Origin: Amoebidium appalachense
Lineage: Eukaryota > Protista > Ichthyosporea
Assembly: GCA_963693365.1 (NCBI GenBank)
Contig: CAVNZM010000004.1
Location: forward strand, 9,948,468-10,012,467
Reading direction: 5' to 3'
DNA length: 64,000 nucleotides
The notes below the pieces were generated by a model. The model ran no database searches. It saw only the letters and a list, made by a program, of their open reading frames with translations, and was not told where the DNA came from. Shown here in pieces: positions 25,323 to 56,967 of this stretch (its first letter is position 1; each line of letters opens with the position of its first letter). The position numbers were made by a program, and so were the translations under genes.

Positions 25323-26924
25323 CCCTCTTAACCCCTCCCACCAACACACACACACACACAACCTCTTTCCCTCCAAACCCTTTCACACACAACCCCCTCC
25401 CCTCTCCCCCCCCCCCCCTCCCTACACACGCACACACAGTTTTGTCCAGTCTCTTCTACTTAACCCGACCACCCGAATCATCGCCACATGCCGCAACCCA
25501 ACCAATTCCCCAGCCCTCCAATCACTTTTGGAGAAACACAAAGACAGATTGACAGTTTTGGGGGTAGATGTGTGGAAGGAAGAGGAGATTGAACGGGCTG
25601 CTAACGTGGTGAAAGACACACATGGGAGGTATGTGTACATGTGTACGTGTGTGTGTGTGTGTGTGTAGTGGGTGTGTGTGTGTGTGGTAGTTTTGTGTTG
25701 TGTGTGTGTGTGTGGTGGTAGTCACGATGTGTTGGGTTGGTAGAGGTGCTGTGTGCGCGGGTGTTTTCGTGTGTGTGTTTGGTGGGAGGAGGGGAGGGGG
25801 GGGAGGATCAGGGTAGGGTGAGGTGTCTTTGCGGGAGGGATTTTGTTTCCACGAAAGTGGGGGGCGGGGGGAGGGGGGGGAGGAGGGGAGCAAGGGAAGG
25901 GGACAGAAGTTGTGAACGTGTGAAGGGAAAGAGAGGTGGTTTTTAGTGATGAGGGTTGGTGGTGCCCCACCTGTATGCCTCGAGAACCGTGTGCCTTTTT
26001 TTCTTTGTGGGGGAGGGGGGGGGGGGGGGAGAGAGAGGGAAGAGGCAAATTATGTGTTTGATTGAAAGAATATGAATCGCAGAGCCGTAATCAAAAATGG
26101 CAGTGATGATCTGAGCTCCACATGTGTGTACACCGGTCGGGTGTGTCTCTGTATCAATATTACATGTCTCATATAGATGGTGGCCGTGATCAGAGGGGGA
26201 GGAATTTGGAGGTCTCCCTCGGGGGAGGGGGAGCGGGGGCGGGGGCAGGGGGAGGGGAGGGGGGGGGGGGGGGGGGGAAGGTGCGGGGGGAGGAGGGGGA
26301 ATGTGGGTGGGTGGGGGGGGGGGGGGAGGGGGACTCCCTGGAAATCGAGAGGCTTGGAGCCACGTGTCAAAGGCTTTGGACTCACCCGTCCCTTAATCCT
26401 CCCCCCCCCCCCCTCCCCCCCCCGTGGGGCCTTACCCCCTCTCCCTTCTTGCCCCCCCCCCCCCCCCCCCCCCCCGTGGGGCCTTACCCCTCTCCTTTCT
26501 TGCCCCCCCCCCCCCCCCCCCCCCCCCCACGCGCGCTTATCCTACCTTCATATTCACCCCTTTCGTGGTAACCCCTAGGGTTGATTTTCTAGTCAACAGC
26601 GCCGGGATTTTGAATTTGGAAAACAAAGGAGAGACCAGTTTGCGCAACTGCAACCCCCGTTTCTATTCAGGTATATGGCTCCCCTCCGTCCCCTCCCCTC
26701 TCTCCTCCGTTTTCCGCTTACCCCTGCACGTCACCTCCCCCTCTCTCTCATGTGCACCCCCCCTCCCCCCCCATTCCTTATACACAAACGTACTTTAAAA
26801 TCACACACACACACGTTTGGAGACTGAAGCACGCACAGACAGAGCAAAACTCACACACGCGCAACTATGGTGACTCGTGTGTACACAAGCCCACACATAC
26901 AGATCAACAAATGCACATGGCCAA

Positions 26925-26974
<50 letters not shown>

Positions 26975-28150
26975 CCCCCCGCCCCCCGCTTTCTCCAACG
27001 GGGGACCCGTTCCCCAGGCATTCACCCGCAAACAATTCACAAATTCAATATCACCACATTCTATGATACCAGGATACTTCTGCGCTCTTTCGTTTCAATA
27101 TATAGCATCCCCCTCCCCCCCCGTGCACGGGGGGGGGGGAGGGGGGGGGGGGAGGGAGGGAAGGGAGGGGAGGGTGAATGCAGGACTAGTGATTGTTTTT
27201 GAAGTCTCTCCACAACGGCCGAGGCCTAATGATATGCACAAAATTAACATGGTGTCAGTAACCAATCAGATTAGATGATTTTCTGTGCTGTGTTTGGCTC
27301 TTCAAGGGTTCTAATTGGCGGTTTGTCACAGCGTGCATTTGACACAAACGCCATTGGCCCCCTCCTGGTTGCAAAACATTTTGCCCCCCTCCTGGCTGTG
27401 GGCCCAAAGAAAGCTGCCCAGGAGAAGGTGCACCCCATCCTCCCCCCTCCCCTCCATTCCGCCCCCCCCCCCCCCCCCCCTCCCCCCCCCCCCCCCCCTC
27501 TCTCCATCCCTTCCCCCCCCTCCCCCCCCCCCCCCCCCCCCTCCCCCCTCCAATCCGTCCCCTCCCCCCACTCCTTCCCCATACCCCTGGCTTCTCAGGA
27601 AAATTATGCCACCAAATTAGAGCATTTTATTGAGTAGTTTGTGCCTCACAGGGGGAAAACGGAGGCATGTAGTGAGAGAGAAGGTGGGTAGGGTGGAGAA
27701 GGGGGGGGGGGGGGGGGGGCTGAGGTAGGGAATGTTGCTTTTGCCCCATTTTTCCTATCTAACCGCCAGTGCATATCACACAAACCATCTTTCATCTATA
27801 ACAAAAGGGTGTGGTACTCAGTTGCGCCGTTCTTGCGTTGTTCGTTGTTCGTGTGCTCGTTTTATACTTTGCTCTTTCCCAAAACCACAGTGTCATAGTA
27901 TGGGAGTATGGGGACCTGTACATGGGCTCTTTGTTCTGTAACTAGATGTCATCTCAACCCCTCCCCCTCCCCCCCCCCTCCCTCCCCCCCCCCCCCCCCC
28001 CAAAGGGCCCCCAAAATAAAGACACACACACACACACTCCCCAAATTTCCTTCTCACCCCTATCCCCTGCCCACTTCACACCCACAACACACCCGTCCAC
28101 TCAAGTACGAATACATACACACGTACGAACACACACACACGTCCCTATGA

Positions 28151-28234
<84 letters not shown>

Positions 28235-28417
28235 GCACACACGCACACACGCACACACACACACACACACGCACACACACACACACACGCACACACACGC
28301 ACACACACATACATGCAACCGCAGCAACCCGAGACCAGCTCTGTCATTCTCAACATTTCTGCCCGGGTGGGCTCCATTGAAGACAACAGAAACGGTGGAT
28401 GGTACTTTTCCAATCGA

Positions 28418-28453
<36 letters not shown>

Positions 28454-29107
28454 ACGCACTCACCCCCTAGAAACACGCACACACCTCCCCTTCCCCCCTC
28501 TCCCCCCCTTCAAGTGCTCATCCACTCACACAACATAGACAAGGTTATCGTTAAAATCGTAGATGTATTTGCACGTAGACCATCACGTATTCATGCATAT
28601 ATTTACATCTATATATATAGTTTGTGCGTATATGAAACATCGCCTACCCTTTTTTTTCCCCAACCATGTGCATGCTGCATCAGTGCTTTGCACCTCTTCT
28701 TGATTGGCTAGTAGTCAAATCATTACCGGGCGTCATCAACACATGTGAAATCTGGCATCCATGCGACCTGATTTATCTACAATCTCATTGGTGGATCTAT
28801 GCAGGTATGCATACCGCATGTCCAAGGCTGCCCTCAATATGGCCACCCGCACCATGGCTGTGGAACTGCGCCCAAAAAAGGTAATTGATTCGTGATTGGT
28901 TGATTAAATACACCCCGAAGGATTTTTTTGATCCCCCCCCCCCCCCCCCCCCCCCCCCCTCCTCCATCCGATTCTGCACGCGCACACACAAATACAGACC
29001 CCCCCCCTCCCCCCCCTTTCCCCCCTGGGCAACCGGAAATACATACACAAATACACACACGGCTCACACCTTCACACACACACACAAAAAGTTAACCCCC
29101 CTCTTCC

Positions 29108-29148
<41 letters not shown>

Positions 29149-29408
29149 TTCCCTCCCAAATGCGAGGTTAACGGGTCAAAATAGTGAAATAAGGGTACTG
29201 TGGGTGACGAACCTCACAGGGGGTGGGCTCTGTTATGATTCATGCTATTTTTGTCCGCTCTGCAAACAGCTATCAGTTGCGGATGTGTATTCCATGCCCT
29301 GTGACGCACTCTGACCCCCCTGTACCCCCCCCCCCCCCCCCCCCCCCCCCTCCCCCACTGCTATCCCCCCCCTCCCCCCCCCCCCCCCCCCCACACACAC
29401 CCCCCCCC

Positions 29409-29450
<42 letters not shown>

Positions 29451-29498
29451 ACACACACACACGTACGCACACACATGCGCGCGCACACACATGCGCGT

Positions 29499-29547
<49 letters not shown>

Positions 29548-29548
29548 C

Positions 29549-29596
<48 letters not shown>

Positions 29597-29814
29597 CTCT
29601 GCACACATGTACATATACACTGCAGGTGATCTGCGTAGCCATTCACCCGGGCACGGTGGATACAAACTTTTCCAAGGGCTACCAGAAGACAGTTAAACAC
29701 GAGATATTCACTGTGGAGAAGGCCGTGGGGCTGATGACTGACGTGGTGAAAGGGTTAAAGATTGATGATACGGGAAAGTTCCTGGCTTACGACGGCACAC
29801 AAATACCTTTCTAA
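24246..29814 (+). CDS. Short-chain dehydrogenase/reductase, C-factor (CsgA)-like, 7 exons, ~259 aa
   Basis: Exons 24246-24307, 25440-25628, 26579-26670, 27332-27427, 28325-28401, 28805-28880, 29626-29814. Motifs: GASRGIG (NAD(P) binding), [25 protein letters not shown], catalytic [13 protein letters not shown]. The model carries one surplus nucleotide near 26654-26658 (see findings). Confidence 0.9.
24396..24531 (+). repeat. Diverged copy of the repeat family, in SDR intron 1
   Basis: AACTCAGATACTGTGGATG...CCTGAGAATGGGCTTTGCT...TGTACTTCGCACTTTTTTAACACATTCTAAA, followed by a C-rich run. Confidence 0.7.
29164..29313 (+). repeat. Highly diverged copy of the repeat family
   Basis: GGGTACTGTGGGTGACG...GGGTGGGCTCTGTTATGA...GTGACGCACTCTGA, then C runs. 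Confidence 0.5.
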
Positions 29815-30695
29815 AAATGGCGCTTCCTGCGTGCACGATACTTTATGTTGGTGGTAGAGTGTTCATACGTGCTAGATCTGAAAGGATACGAGAGTTCTGG
29901 TAAATTTGAAAGAAACGACCAGTAATTAACTCTAACCCCATATCTGCCAATCCATAATTAAGAGCTAGATCGGCGATGCATGTATGATCGCATGTGCTGT
30001 AGGCACATACGGGTTTGGGTGTATTACAGGAGTGCTGCACTATTATCATATTGGATTGCTCCTAAAAAACGGTGGCAGATTTTGGAATTACAGTGTGTGT
30101 GTGTTTTTTTTTTTTTTCTTTTTTTTTTTTCTTCGAGTTTCTTAAGGTTTCCGGGTCGGGTCAAACCGGAAAGGTTTTGAGCAATATGATTGGCGCAATA
30201 CCCACCTGCTTGACTCGAAAGGTCCAATATATTTGGCCCACAAGAAACCACCTTCAGGAGAATTTTCTTTTTTCTTTGGAAAAATGTGTATTCGGGGTGA
30301 ACCGGAATTTTGGCAAGCGGCTTGTATGCACATCACAAGACACTCACCAGAGACGTCTTCTTTTTATGTATTTATTTATTTGCATTATGCAGCATTGCCC
30401 GTGGCACAGATATTGAAACATAAACAGTAATCGTGTTACAACACATCGACCTTACGATCGTAATACTGTGCACGTGCAGTTGGGTAGTCGTGTTTTCCTG
30501 AAATTACCTACGAGTAGGGAGGATAGCGAGAATGCAAGATTCTATGTCGATTATGTCTGTTATGCATGCGGGTATAATGATTTCTACACTAGCCTGGTCA
30601 TATTGCATGCGTGTCCGGCAAGTCTGCAATGTACGTGCTCATGTGTGCTCTCTTTATTAGGAATATCTTATGTAGTCCCAGGTGTGAGGTCAAAC

Positions 30696-30750
<55 letters not shown>

Positions 30751-31004
30751 CGAAAACAGAGACGAAAGAAAAAAACCCCGTAATTTTGCTGCCCTCCAAC
30801 ATCGATATAAACCAAGAAAGCTAATTCTAAACCAAACCCAAGATATCTTTTTACGTCATAACACAATGACAACCAAGAAGTTCACCACAAAACAGGAGGA
30901 GAATCATATGAAAACAACACCTAAAACAGAGGGGGGAAGCAAAAAAAAAATACCCAAACACAGCTGCAAAAACTCTAAAAAAACTACCCCAAAATAGTGA
31001 TTTG

Positions 31005-48041
<17,037 letters not shown>

Positions 48042-48359
48042 TCTGGAAACATCTGTTGTGAGCAACTTAAACCCCTTAGGCCTTCTCTCCCTAATATACA
48101 CAGACACACATACACACTCTCTCTCCCTCTATCTCCCCCCCCCCCCCCTTTCCTTCCTCCCTCCCTCCCTCCCCCTCCCTCCCTCTCTCCCTCCCTCACT
48201 CCTTCCTTCCTCCTCTCTAGCTCCCTCCCTCCCTCTCTCGCTCCCTCCCTCCCTCTCTCTCTCGGTCTCTCTCTCTCTCCCCCCTCTCTCTGTGTGTGTG
48301 TGTGTGTGCGCGCGCATGTGTTGTCTCTTTGGCTGTCATCTCTCTCTTTCTCTTTCAGT

Positions 48360-48400
<41 letters not shown>

Positions 48401-49015
48401 GTGCGTGTGTGGGCAAGCAGGGGCACGTGTGTGTGCTTGTGTTTGTGCGTAACGTAACGCCAGATCTCTCACCCTCTCCATCTCCCTATCTCCACATGCT
48501 CATCAACACCCCATCTCACCACATCCCGAACCGATCCCTTTTGCTCCCTTCTTTGACCCCCCCCCCCCCCCCCCTCTCTCTCTCTCTCTAAGTGTTTGTG
48601 TCTGGGATATATGTGCACATGTATCATTCTCTCCTCGCATTTTGGTATCTTGCCATCCGACACTTTCTTACAGTTAGGACCGAATGGAGCCTGGACACAC
48701 TCATAACTACAGCGAAGCACTAACTGAAGCTCCCTTCGCTTCATCTAGCTCGCGCACTAAATCCCATAAAAACCCTTTTTGCCACAACCACTCCCAGACC
48801 CCAGCTTCCACACGTTTGCGTGTGGTTGCCTGCCTGCCTAACCTATTCCTGCTCCCTGAGCTAAAAAGAACCTCCCCTTTGTTCAACCATCCCCTCTAAA
48901 CTTTGATCTCTTTCAGAGAAGAGAAGGGGGGAGGGGGGGGGGGGGGGGGGGGAGGGAGGGAGTCAAAGGGGTAAGGGCGAAGGGGAGGAAAGCGGGAAGG
49001 GGGAAGGGGGGGGAG

Positions 49016-49058
<43 letters not shown>

Positions 49059-50014
49059 AGGGAGGGGGGTATTCACTTGGTGCGATTTCACTGAGCAGAA
49101 GAATGTAACACTGAGCAGAAGAATGTAATCACCGGGTACATCGCGTGTGCCCTTGCGTTGAAAACTAAAACTTTGGAAGCCTTGTTCCGGTGATGTCGTG
49201 GTGCGCATATATATTCTGCAAAATTCAATCCTCCTAATTATTTGGAAGTTGAGATACACAACAGCTAGTTTTGCATTAGTAAATACTTAGGTAGGAATGG
49301 ATATATGATGGATAACTTTAGGTGGCTCACGGACTGAGCCACCGTGCTAAAGTTCGGGAAGATGGAAAGAGTTGTGTGGCTCGAGCTCCGGCGGACACGT
49401 GTTAAACCGTTTCAGTTTGTGTACATGTGAGGGCTCTCAATTTTGTGTCAAGCCTAGTACTGCATGTACATGAGTAGGAAAGACTTTCTCTCTCTCACGT
49501 GTCGTTTTGTTACGGTAGAGGTTTGATGTCGGGGGCAGGGTTATCCTAGTAACCGTTTTGATGACCGGGGCGCCACACGTACGGGTCGTTCACGTAAATA
49601 CCCGGGCGTGTGTGCCCCAGCTGACCCCGTCTGTATGTACGTGTGGCCGTGGAAGGGGGAAAGCTAGGTGAGACGCTCAGGATATATATCAAGAGGTGTT
49701 GGTGGTGCACGGTGGGTGGGTGGATGGGGGAAGGCCTAGGGGGGGAGGGGGGTGGGGGGGGTGGGAGGGGGGGGGGGGAGGGGGGCGGGGGAACCGTTTC
49801 TATGTTAACTTCCGTATTAAAAAGGACCAGCTGCAGCGAGGATTAGGAGAGGGGGAGAGAGAGGAAGGGGGATCTGGCCGAAGGAAATCCAGCAAGCTGC
49901 AATGGTTTTTCTTTAAATTATGTCTTTTTTCATTTTGCTTTTCTTTCTTTCTTTTTTTGGGGGGGGTGGGGAATTCGAAGGGGTGTGGCGGAGGGGGGTG
50001 GAGGGAGGGGAGGG

Positions 50015-50049
<35 letters not shown>

Positions 50050-51149
50050 GGGGGAGGGGACCGTTGTGCTCAAAAATTTAAATCGATTCATGTGCATGCC
50101 GTAATGGTTCCGGTTGATGCCCACTGAGCTGTGCACTTGGTGAAACCGGTACCGGTACGCGTGTGTGCAGTAGGCTGCTGGCCTCTACCAGTAGCAAGGT
50201 TTTTTTTGTGTGTGTGTGCCTGGCATGTACATCGTAAATGCAACAAACATGCCAAACGGCATCACCAGGTCTGTGCAGGTGTGTGCTTTGAGCTTTCCAA
50301 ACCCGAGTACTTCCGTATGGTGAGTGACTCATCATGATGCTGTACAATGTCATGTATATCTTCAACATTGCAATTGGCTGTGCTTTGAAGGTTTTGCAAG
50401 TGTATTTCCATGTGCCTGATAAGTATAAAGCCGGATTTGGGCATGAGGACGAGGCAAAACAAGACAGCTAGGGCAACACTGATTTACTTATTTAAATATG
50501 GAAAGTGCAGGAACCCTTGATGCTATGTATTGCTTGTTAATCATGGAGTGCCACCTGTTCCGATACAAAGCGTCGGGATGGGGGTCATAATCATATGGTT
50601 AAGGGTTCTGGCGGGGCACACGGGGGGGGGAGCTCGAGGGGTTAGGGGGGAGGGGGGAGGGGGGAGAGGGAGGCCTAGGGCCGGGCCGGCGGTCCGAGGG
50701 GGGGGGGGGGGGAGGGGGGGAGAGGGGAGGGGGAGGGCCGGCGGCCCGAGGGGGGGGGGGGGGAGGCCCTGAGGAGGGGCCGAGCGGAGAGAGAGAAAAG
50801 AAAAGACGAAGAAAGAGGAAAAAGAAAAGAAAGCAGGACAGAAAACACGAACAGCAAAACACAGTTATAACCGAAGATATTCATGTACACATAACATGTA
50901 CACGTGTCTCCCTCACTGGGTAGACTCGTGTACCTATAATCAGTTGCTGTAATCGATATCTAAACACACGAATATAGCCGACACAACACGATTACAAGTA
51001 CTCAAATACACTGAGATCGATGTCATAATTTACGTACAAGGAGCACATCTTTTTCATTAAGTAAATGAATGAAAACATAACACGAACTGAGAAGATCTTA
51101 CAATATGTAAATACTACGTATTATAACAGACGCATATTGGCTAGCTGCC

Positions 51150-51634
51150 ACCCCCCTCACTTCGACCCACCACACCCCCCTGGTGACTCCCCTAAAACGA
51201 GCATTCATTCACTCATGCTACCCCTCAGCTCTCACGCTTGAATTAGAACCAGACTCCTACACCTACAAACAGCTTGAGGTAGATATCACCATCACCAACT
51301 ACGGGTTACACTGCTCTTACCACAACAAAAACCGCACTTCCCTTCTAGCAGGGTTGGGACAATCCATCATTCGTTTCAAACACTGGCATGCATACCAATC
51401 TAATGCCTCCAAGCAGGCCACCGTCACTGGTGCATTCATTAGAGTTTGGGTCAATACCTCTCACCCCCCTACTTCCTCCCCCAAATTCTCCTTCTTGCCC
51501 TCGAATTCCACTCTTTGCACTACCCCCGCTCCATCCTAGTGGCAGCCTTCAAACCCCTCCAATCACGTATGCCCGCACCCACCTACCAGGAGTGCTATCA
51601 ATCCCTACGGGATCTCCCCCTCCCTTCACACTAA
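51150..51634 (+). mobile_element. Degenerate Penelope-like retroelement fragment (RT thumb/linker region)
   Basis: ORF 51183 reads LEVDITITNYGLHCSYHNKN...RFKHWHAYQSNASKQATVTGAFIRVWVNTSH. After a frameshift, ORF 51446 reads LALEFHSLHYPRSIL. These resemble the PLE motifs FLD..I....L.T..Y.K, S.HP...K..II.G...R and L...GYP...I. Recognition by eye only. Confidence 0.5.
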
Positions 51635-52167
51635 CTCACTAATACACTAACCTCCACAGCTTTACCCCCTTTTACATTTTTCCCACTCCCTCCCCATCTC
51701 CCCATAAACACAACCCCGTCACGCCAATACACTGCTTGATGCAAACATACATTCACCCCCCAACACACACACACACACACCCATGCACACACACCTATAC
51801 ACACCCACACCCACACCCACACACTGTTATACACTGTCACACATTCATATACACAACCCGACAGGTACATCAACTAACAACCCTCTCCCACTAACTGTTC
51901 TTTCTCTCTCCCCATATTTCTCTTTGGATAGTCTAAATACTTTGACAAGATTTCGTACTTGCTTATGTTCTCCATGTGACCACGATTACATCAACACTAA
52001 CTTTTCTTCCCCAACACACAACAAACACGTAGTCCCCCCCCCCCCCCCCCCAAACACACGTACAAATACATGCACACACCTCACTCCCCACCTACAGACA
52101 CACACACACACACATATGCAGACACACATATCCTTTTCCTCTTCTTTTCATTTCCTTTCCTTTTCTA

Positions 52168-52236
<69 letters not shown>

Positions 52237-53009
52237 CCCTCCCTCTCTCTCCCCCTCTCCCTCCCTAATTTCCTCTCTATGAATATCCGATCGCGCTCGT
52301 TCACTAAACTTTGATCACAATCCACCACAACATGACCACATTCCCAAATACCATACCGAATCAACCCTCCGCGCACACACCCAGCACCGCGCACACACAC
52401 CCGACACCACTCCATAGATAGATATGTAATTCTTTCTTCTTACACTCAGTTTTCCAACCTTTTCTCATTTCCGGAGTTTTATAGTTTACTAAATATTAAC
52501 TCCTCACAATATATCTTACAAGATGACCCGAATGTATCACATTTAGACGTATAAGATCCCTTGAATGTATTCCCGCTATTGAGTTATGACCTATCAGATC
52601 GCTGATAGCCTACGCTATTGATTGAACAAAAGGCTTGTGACCACGAAAACCTCACTTCACCGATTACCGTGTACCATTGATCACAGTGTCCACTATAACA
52701 TATAGCCATACACCGGCGAACAGTCCGTATAGCTACTTGGGACGCCTAAGGCAGGGACTAAGTCCGCTAGTGTGTATTTTTACATTCTAGACCAACGCTT
52801 ACCTTATGAACGAGTGGTGATGCGCTCCTTAGGTCACCGTTCATTTTGGTGTAACTAACGTTGGCAGAGCACCCTTGTAAGCTCACTGGTTCTATTCACA
52901 CTGCCTGTACACGGTTTATACATTTACCTAACTATAAATACATGGTATACAAGCCCGAGTATTATTATTATTAAACTACCACTCCGCGTCATCTACTTCC
53001 CCATCTACA

Positions 53010-53104
<95 letters not shown>

Positions 53105-53521
53105 CACATCATATATTATATATACAGACACACACCACAGACACTATAAGACGCAAACACGTGCACGCACACACGTTCGGGGTCTCTCCCGTCGCACACA
53201 TACACAGCGAGGACTCCAAAAGACACAATTCCTCACATCCACGCATGCACACAAAAAACAAAGACACACACATAAACAAACATCCCCCCCTCACCCCCCC
53301 CCCCCCCCCCCCCACACACACACACCCGTACACACACACACACTTGAAACGGTCACACCCACACACTTTCACACGCGCTTGCACACACGTGCACACCCAC
53401 CCTCACGCTTGACCGCAAACTCGCATTTCAACGACACACACACACATGCTCACTCTTTGCCACTCCATTCCTTCCCCTCTCTGGCTCAAACTTACCTAGT
53501 AGGAGTCCGGTGTCATTCAAT

Positions 53522-53552
<31 letters not shown>

Positions 53553-54209
53553 ACCCCACCCCCCCAACCACCACTACCACCACACCTTCCAATGACCCCA
53601 TCCCCCCCCCCTCTCCAACACACACACACACAACACAAAATCGCACACACACTCGCGCGCGCAAACACACAAGCACACGCACATACACAGACACGCGCTA
53701 CCTCAAAAGGGAAACAAGTGCTGGGGCTGGGGAAGGGGGTGGGTGGGGTGGGGTGGGGGGCGGGGGAGGTGGGGAGGTGGGGGGGGGGGGGGGGGGGGGG
53801 TGCCTGGATCGTGAGGGAGCAAGAAGAGAAATGGTGAAGGGACAGGAACACGCACGGCCACACATACACATGCACACAAGCACACACACAAAAACAAAAT
53901 CGCCACATGCATTCACGTGAAGCAGCAATACAGACTGCTGCATGATTCTTTGAAATCCATTCCCAAGGCTTCTTCTCCAGCCACACACGCCGCTTGCACA
54001 TAACATCATGCAAAAAGGAAAAAAGAAAAAAGAAAAGAAAAGAAAAGAAAAGAAGGCCCATACATCATGATTTCCGTCTATCACACCAGTTAAAAATATC
54101 TAAATCAAAAAATAAAATAAATATTTGAAATAAGAGGCCCACATGCGCATAATATTCACCTCAAAACACGAGCACCAGTAGTACTAACAAAACTCATATC
54201 ATCTATCAG

Positions 54210-54481
54210 GCCACGCAAGAGAGCAATTCTTGGTTCGGGGCATCCAAGGGGCACCTTACCACGCAGATGTAGCAAGACCCACATGCTCACTGCTGGACAG
54301 GGCCGGAATTCCATTTGAGGTTGTGGGTGGCGGCAGAATACGCCACGACGAAGATAGGAAATCCATATTCATCTACGGGTTTTCCTATGGTTTCGGCAAG
54401 CCTGATCATAGACTTTCGGCGGATATGTGTAGAAAAGCATATCCTGATTACACCGTGGATTGGTCGGATGAGGGCTATTAG
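54210..54481 (+). CDS. PHPT1: 14-kDa phosphohistidine phosphatase (PHPT1/Janus/Ocnus family), terminal exon; 5' exon not located
   Basis: Acceptor CAG at 54207-54209, then ...FLVRGIQGAPYHADV...VVGGGRIRHD...IFIYGFSYGFGKPDH...YPDYTVDWSDEGY*. This matches the family motifs VRG..YHAD (catalytic His), GGGRI.H, YG.S..G...H and W..EGY. Confidence 0.85.
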
Positions 54482-55184
54482 AGTAGTGAGTGCCTGAGTG
54501 TCCCCGGGGGGGGGGGGAGGGGGGAGGGGGGGGGGGTGGTGGTGGTGGTTGTTTGGGGAGGGGGGAGGGGGAAGGGGAGGGGGGGGGGGGGGGGATGGTG
54601 GTGGTGGTTGTTTGGGGAGGGGGGAAGGGGAGGGGGGGGGGGGGGGTTGGTGGTGTGTGTGGCGGAGGGGGAAGGGCGGGGGGGGAGGGGGAGGGCACTC
54701 CGGGATGTGGGGGATGTGATTCCGTCCGGTATGCCACTGCTGGAATCAAGGAGACAAAGACTGTAGTGTTAAATTTGTTATGTACGCCCTCGTCACCATG
54801 TATGATCGTAGCGACATGTAGTAGACATCTTAAAGGGCCCACGCCGTAGGCTGCAAATAAGAATGTAAATGGAATATCACCATATCATATTATAGTGTTG
54901 TATAAAACGTGTAAAGATTTCGGTGATATTTACAGGCTGCAGCTACGTAATTGTACAAAATATTATAAACAAGAAATTTTTTTGCTGAAGTCAAAGATCT
55001 CGGGTCATCGATGTCGCATTAATATTACATGATCATAAACACAAGAATTCCAACTTCTTAAGATTACTACTTTTTACATCTGCAGACAATATTCGTAAAC
55101 CCCCCCCCCCCCCCCCACACACACACACGTGCACACACACACGCACAGCACATGTAGACACAAAATGGGGGGGGGGGGGGGGGG

Positions 55185-55461
55185 GGAGATAGAGAGAGAG
55201 ATCTAGCTATGATAAGACATCGAAGGCCAGAGGGAGAGGGAGGGAGGGGAGAGAGAGAGAGAGAGAGAGAGGGTGTGTGTGTGTGTGAAGTGTGTGTGTG
55301 TGTGAGACTAGAGCAGACAGACAGCCGAGAAGAAAGACAGCAGAGAGAGGCCGGAGAGAGAGGGAGAGAGAGAGGGAGGGAGAGAGGGAGAGAGGGAGAG
55401 AGCCGAGGGAGAAAGCGAGAGAGAGAGAGAGTGTGTGTGTCTAGAGAGAGGGGGGGGGGGG

Positions 55462-55499
<38 letters not shown>

Positions 55500-55537
55500 G
55501 AAGGAGAGAGAGAGGGAGAAAGAGAGAGAGAGGGAGG

Positions 55538-55578
<41 letters not shown>

Positions 55579-55680
55579 GGGGGAGGAGGGGGGGGGGGAG
55601 AGAGGGAGATCTAGCAGATCAGAAGTCGAGAGAGATCTAGCTAGAAAGGCCGGAGAGAGAGGGGGGGGAGAGAGAGAGAC
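55185..55680. repeat. (GA)n-rich polypurine tract with recurring GAGATCTAGC
   Basis: Directly visible; GAGATCTAGC at ~55198, ~55606 and ~55632. Confidence 0.8.
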
Positions 55681-56967
55681 TAATATGGGGGCGCGGCACC
55701 GTATGTGACGTCACAGGTGTGACGCACACCACACGGTCCCGCAGCCCCCAAAGATATGGATAGGTGGATATGAGGTGTGTGATATCTGTGTATATCGCGA
55801 AGGGAATGAGATATGGGTGGAATATGTCGGAGCACCACACACTGTTGGCAAACACGTGCAGCGCACGTGGTTTTAATTAAAAAATTAAATAGAGAGGGCG
55901 GAAACGTGTACGCGTACGTGTGCGCGTACATACATGTGGTGCGCACACGTACATGCTGCGGATCCAAGGAATGCGAGAATTCTGAATTCCGGCGAAAACT
56001 GACAATGGAACGAATCCTGAACAATGGAAATTGACCAATGGAAATAGTCGCCCATTGGGAATAAGAGGCGAAAAAGGGTGCTACCCTCAATTCCCAAGCT
56101 CTAGGGTGTGACGTAATATTTGCACGAAATTTATTTGCACGAGCCTGCAAAACGGTGAAAATGGGGCAGGATGTCGGCCAGGCACCGACAGGGGCTTGAG
56201 GATACCCCTGGATGTGCTCCGCTAGCGGGCTGGTGCCAAATAAATTCGTGCCACATTTTACGTCACCAGGTTCGTGCCTATGCCATTTTGGGGCATAAAT
56301 GTCTTCGAACTATATAGGTCGAATCAGCCGAATCGTTTGACCCGTTTTTTGTGGCTCATCGTTGTGGCGTCTGACGAGGAATAAACTCGAAAGGCGGGCT
56401 AAGCAAGACCACGTCGACCACCGTTGCAGGTGGCCTACTTGAACGGGCAGTCACAGCCTGGACTGGCAGTTGACAGGTGTGACACAGCGTTAGCATCCTT
56501 ATCATATTGCAATATTGCAGTAGGCTCATATAAAAACAGACAACACCCTTTAATGCTTGATCATAACTGACAGTACCTATTTTGTGTGAGCATGGGTTAC
56601 AAACATGCTCGCGTCCGCATTGGACGTGGGCAGGCCGTTGGGCTTTGCTGAGGATTCTCGTTCATGTTATCCTCGCCTTTTGTCTTTTGGCTGCAGCGGG
56701 TTCAACAAACAACCCAGATGGGGTGAATAAAATAGTCATTAAGGAAAACAAATCTTGGTCTAAAGATCATGCCAAGCTGCAACAGCCATTCGTTGCACGG
56801 TACATTGATTGCATAGCGGATCATGAGGACTCTGTCGAGGCTGGCACGTGCCCTCCCCAGCCCTTCTTGAGGGATTGGGTGTGGCATCAAACCCGTCATG
56901 GCGGCCGGATAGATGCATCTACAGCGGAGGGAGTCCATCATGTGCCCCCCCCCCCCCCCCCCCCCCC

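Noticed and set aside
50279-50471. Possible small two-exon fragment (GVCFELSKPEYFRM / VLQVYFHVPDKYKAGFGHEDEAKQDS*)
   Set aside because: Splice sites are plausible, but I found no compatible start exon and no recognisable homology.
52590-52650. Hammerhead ribozyme near the Penelope-like remnant (CTGATAG...CGAAA)
   Set aside because: The core is not CUGANGA, and CTGATAG is simply one arm of a CTATCAG/CTGATAG hairpin.
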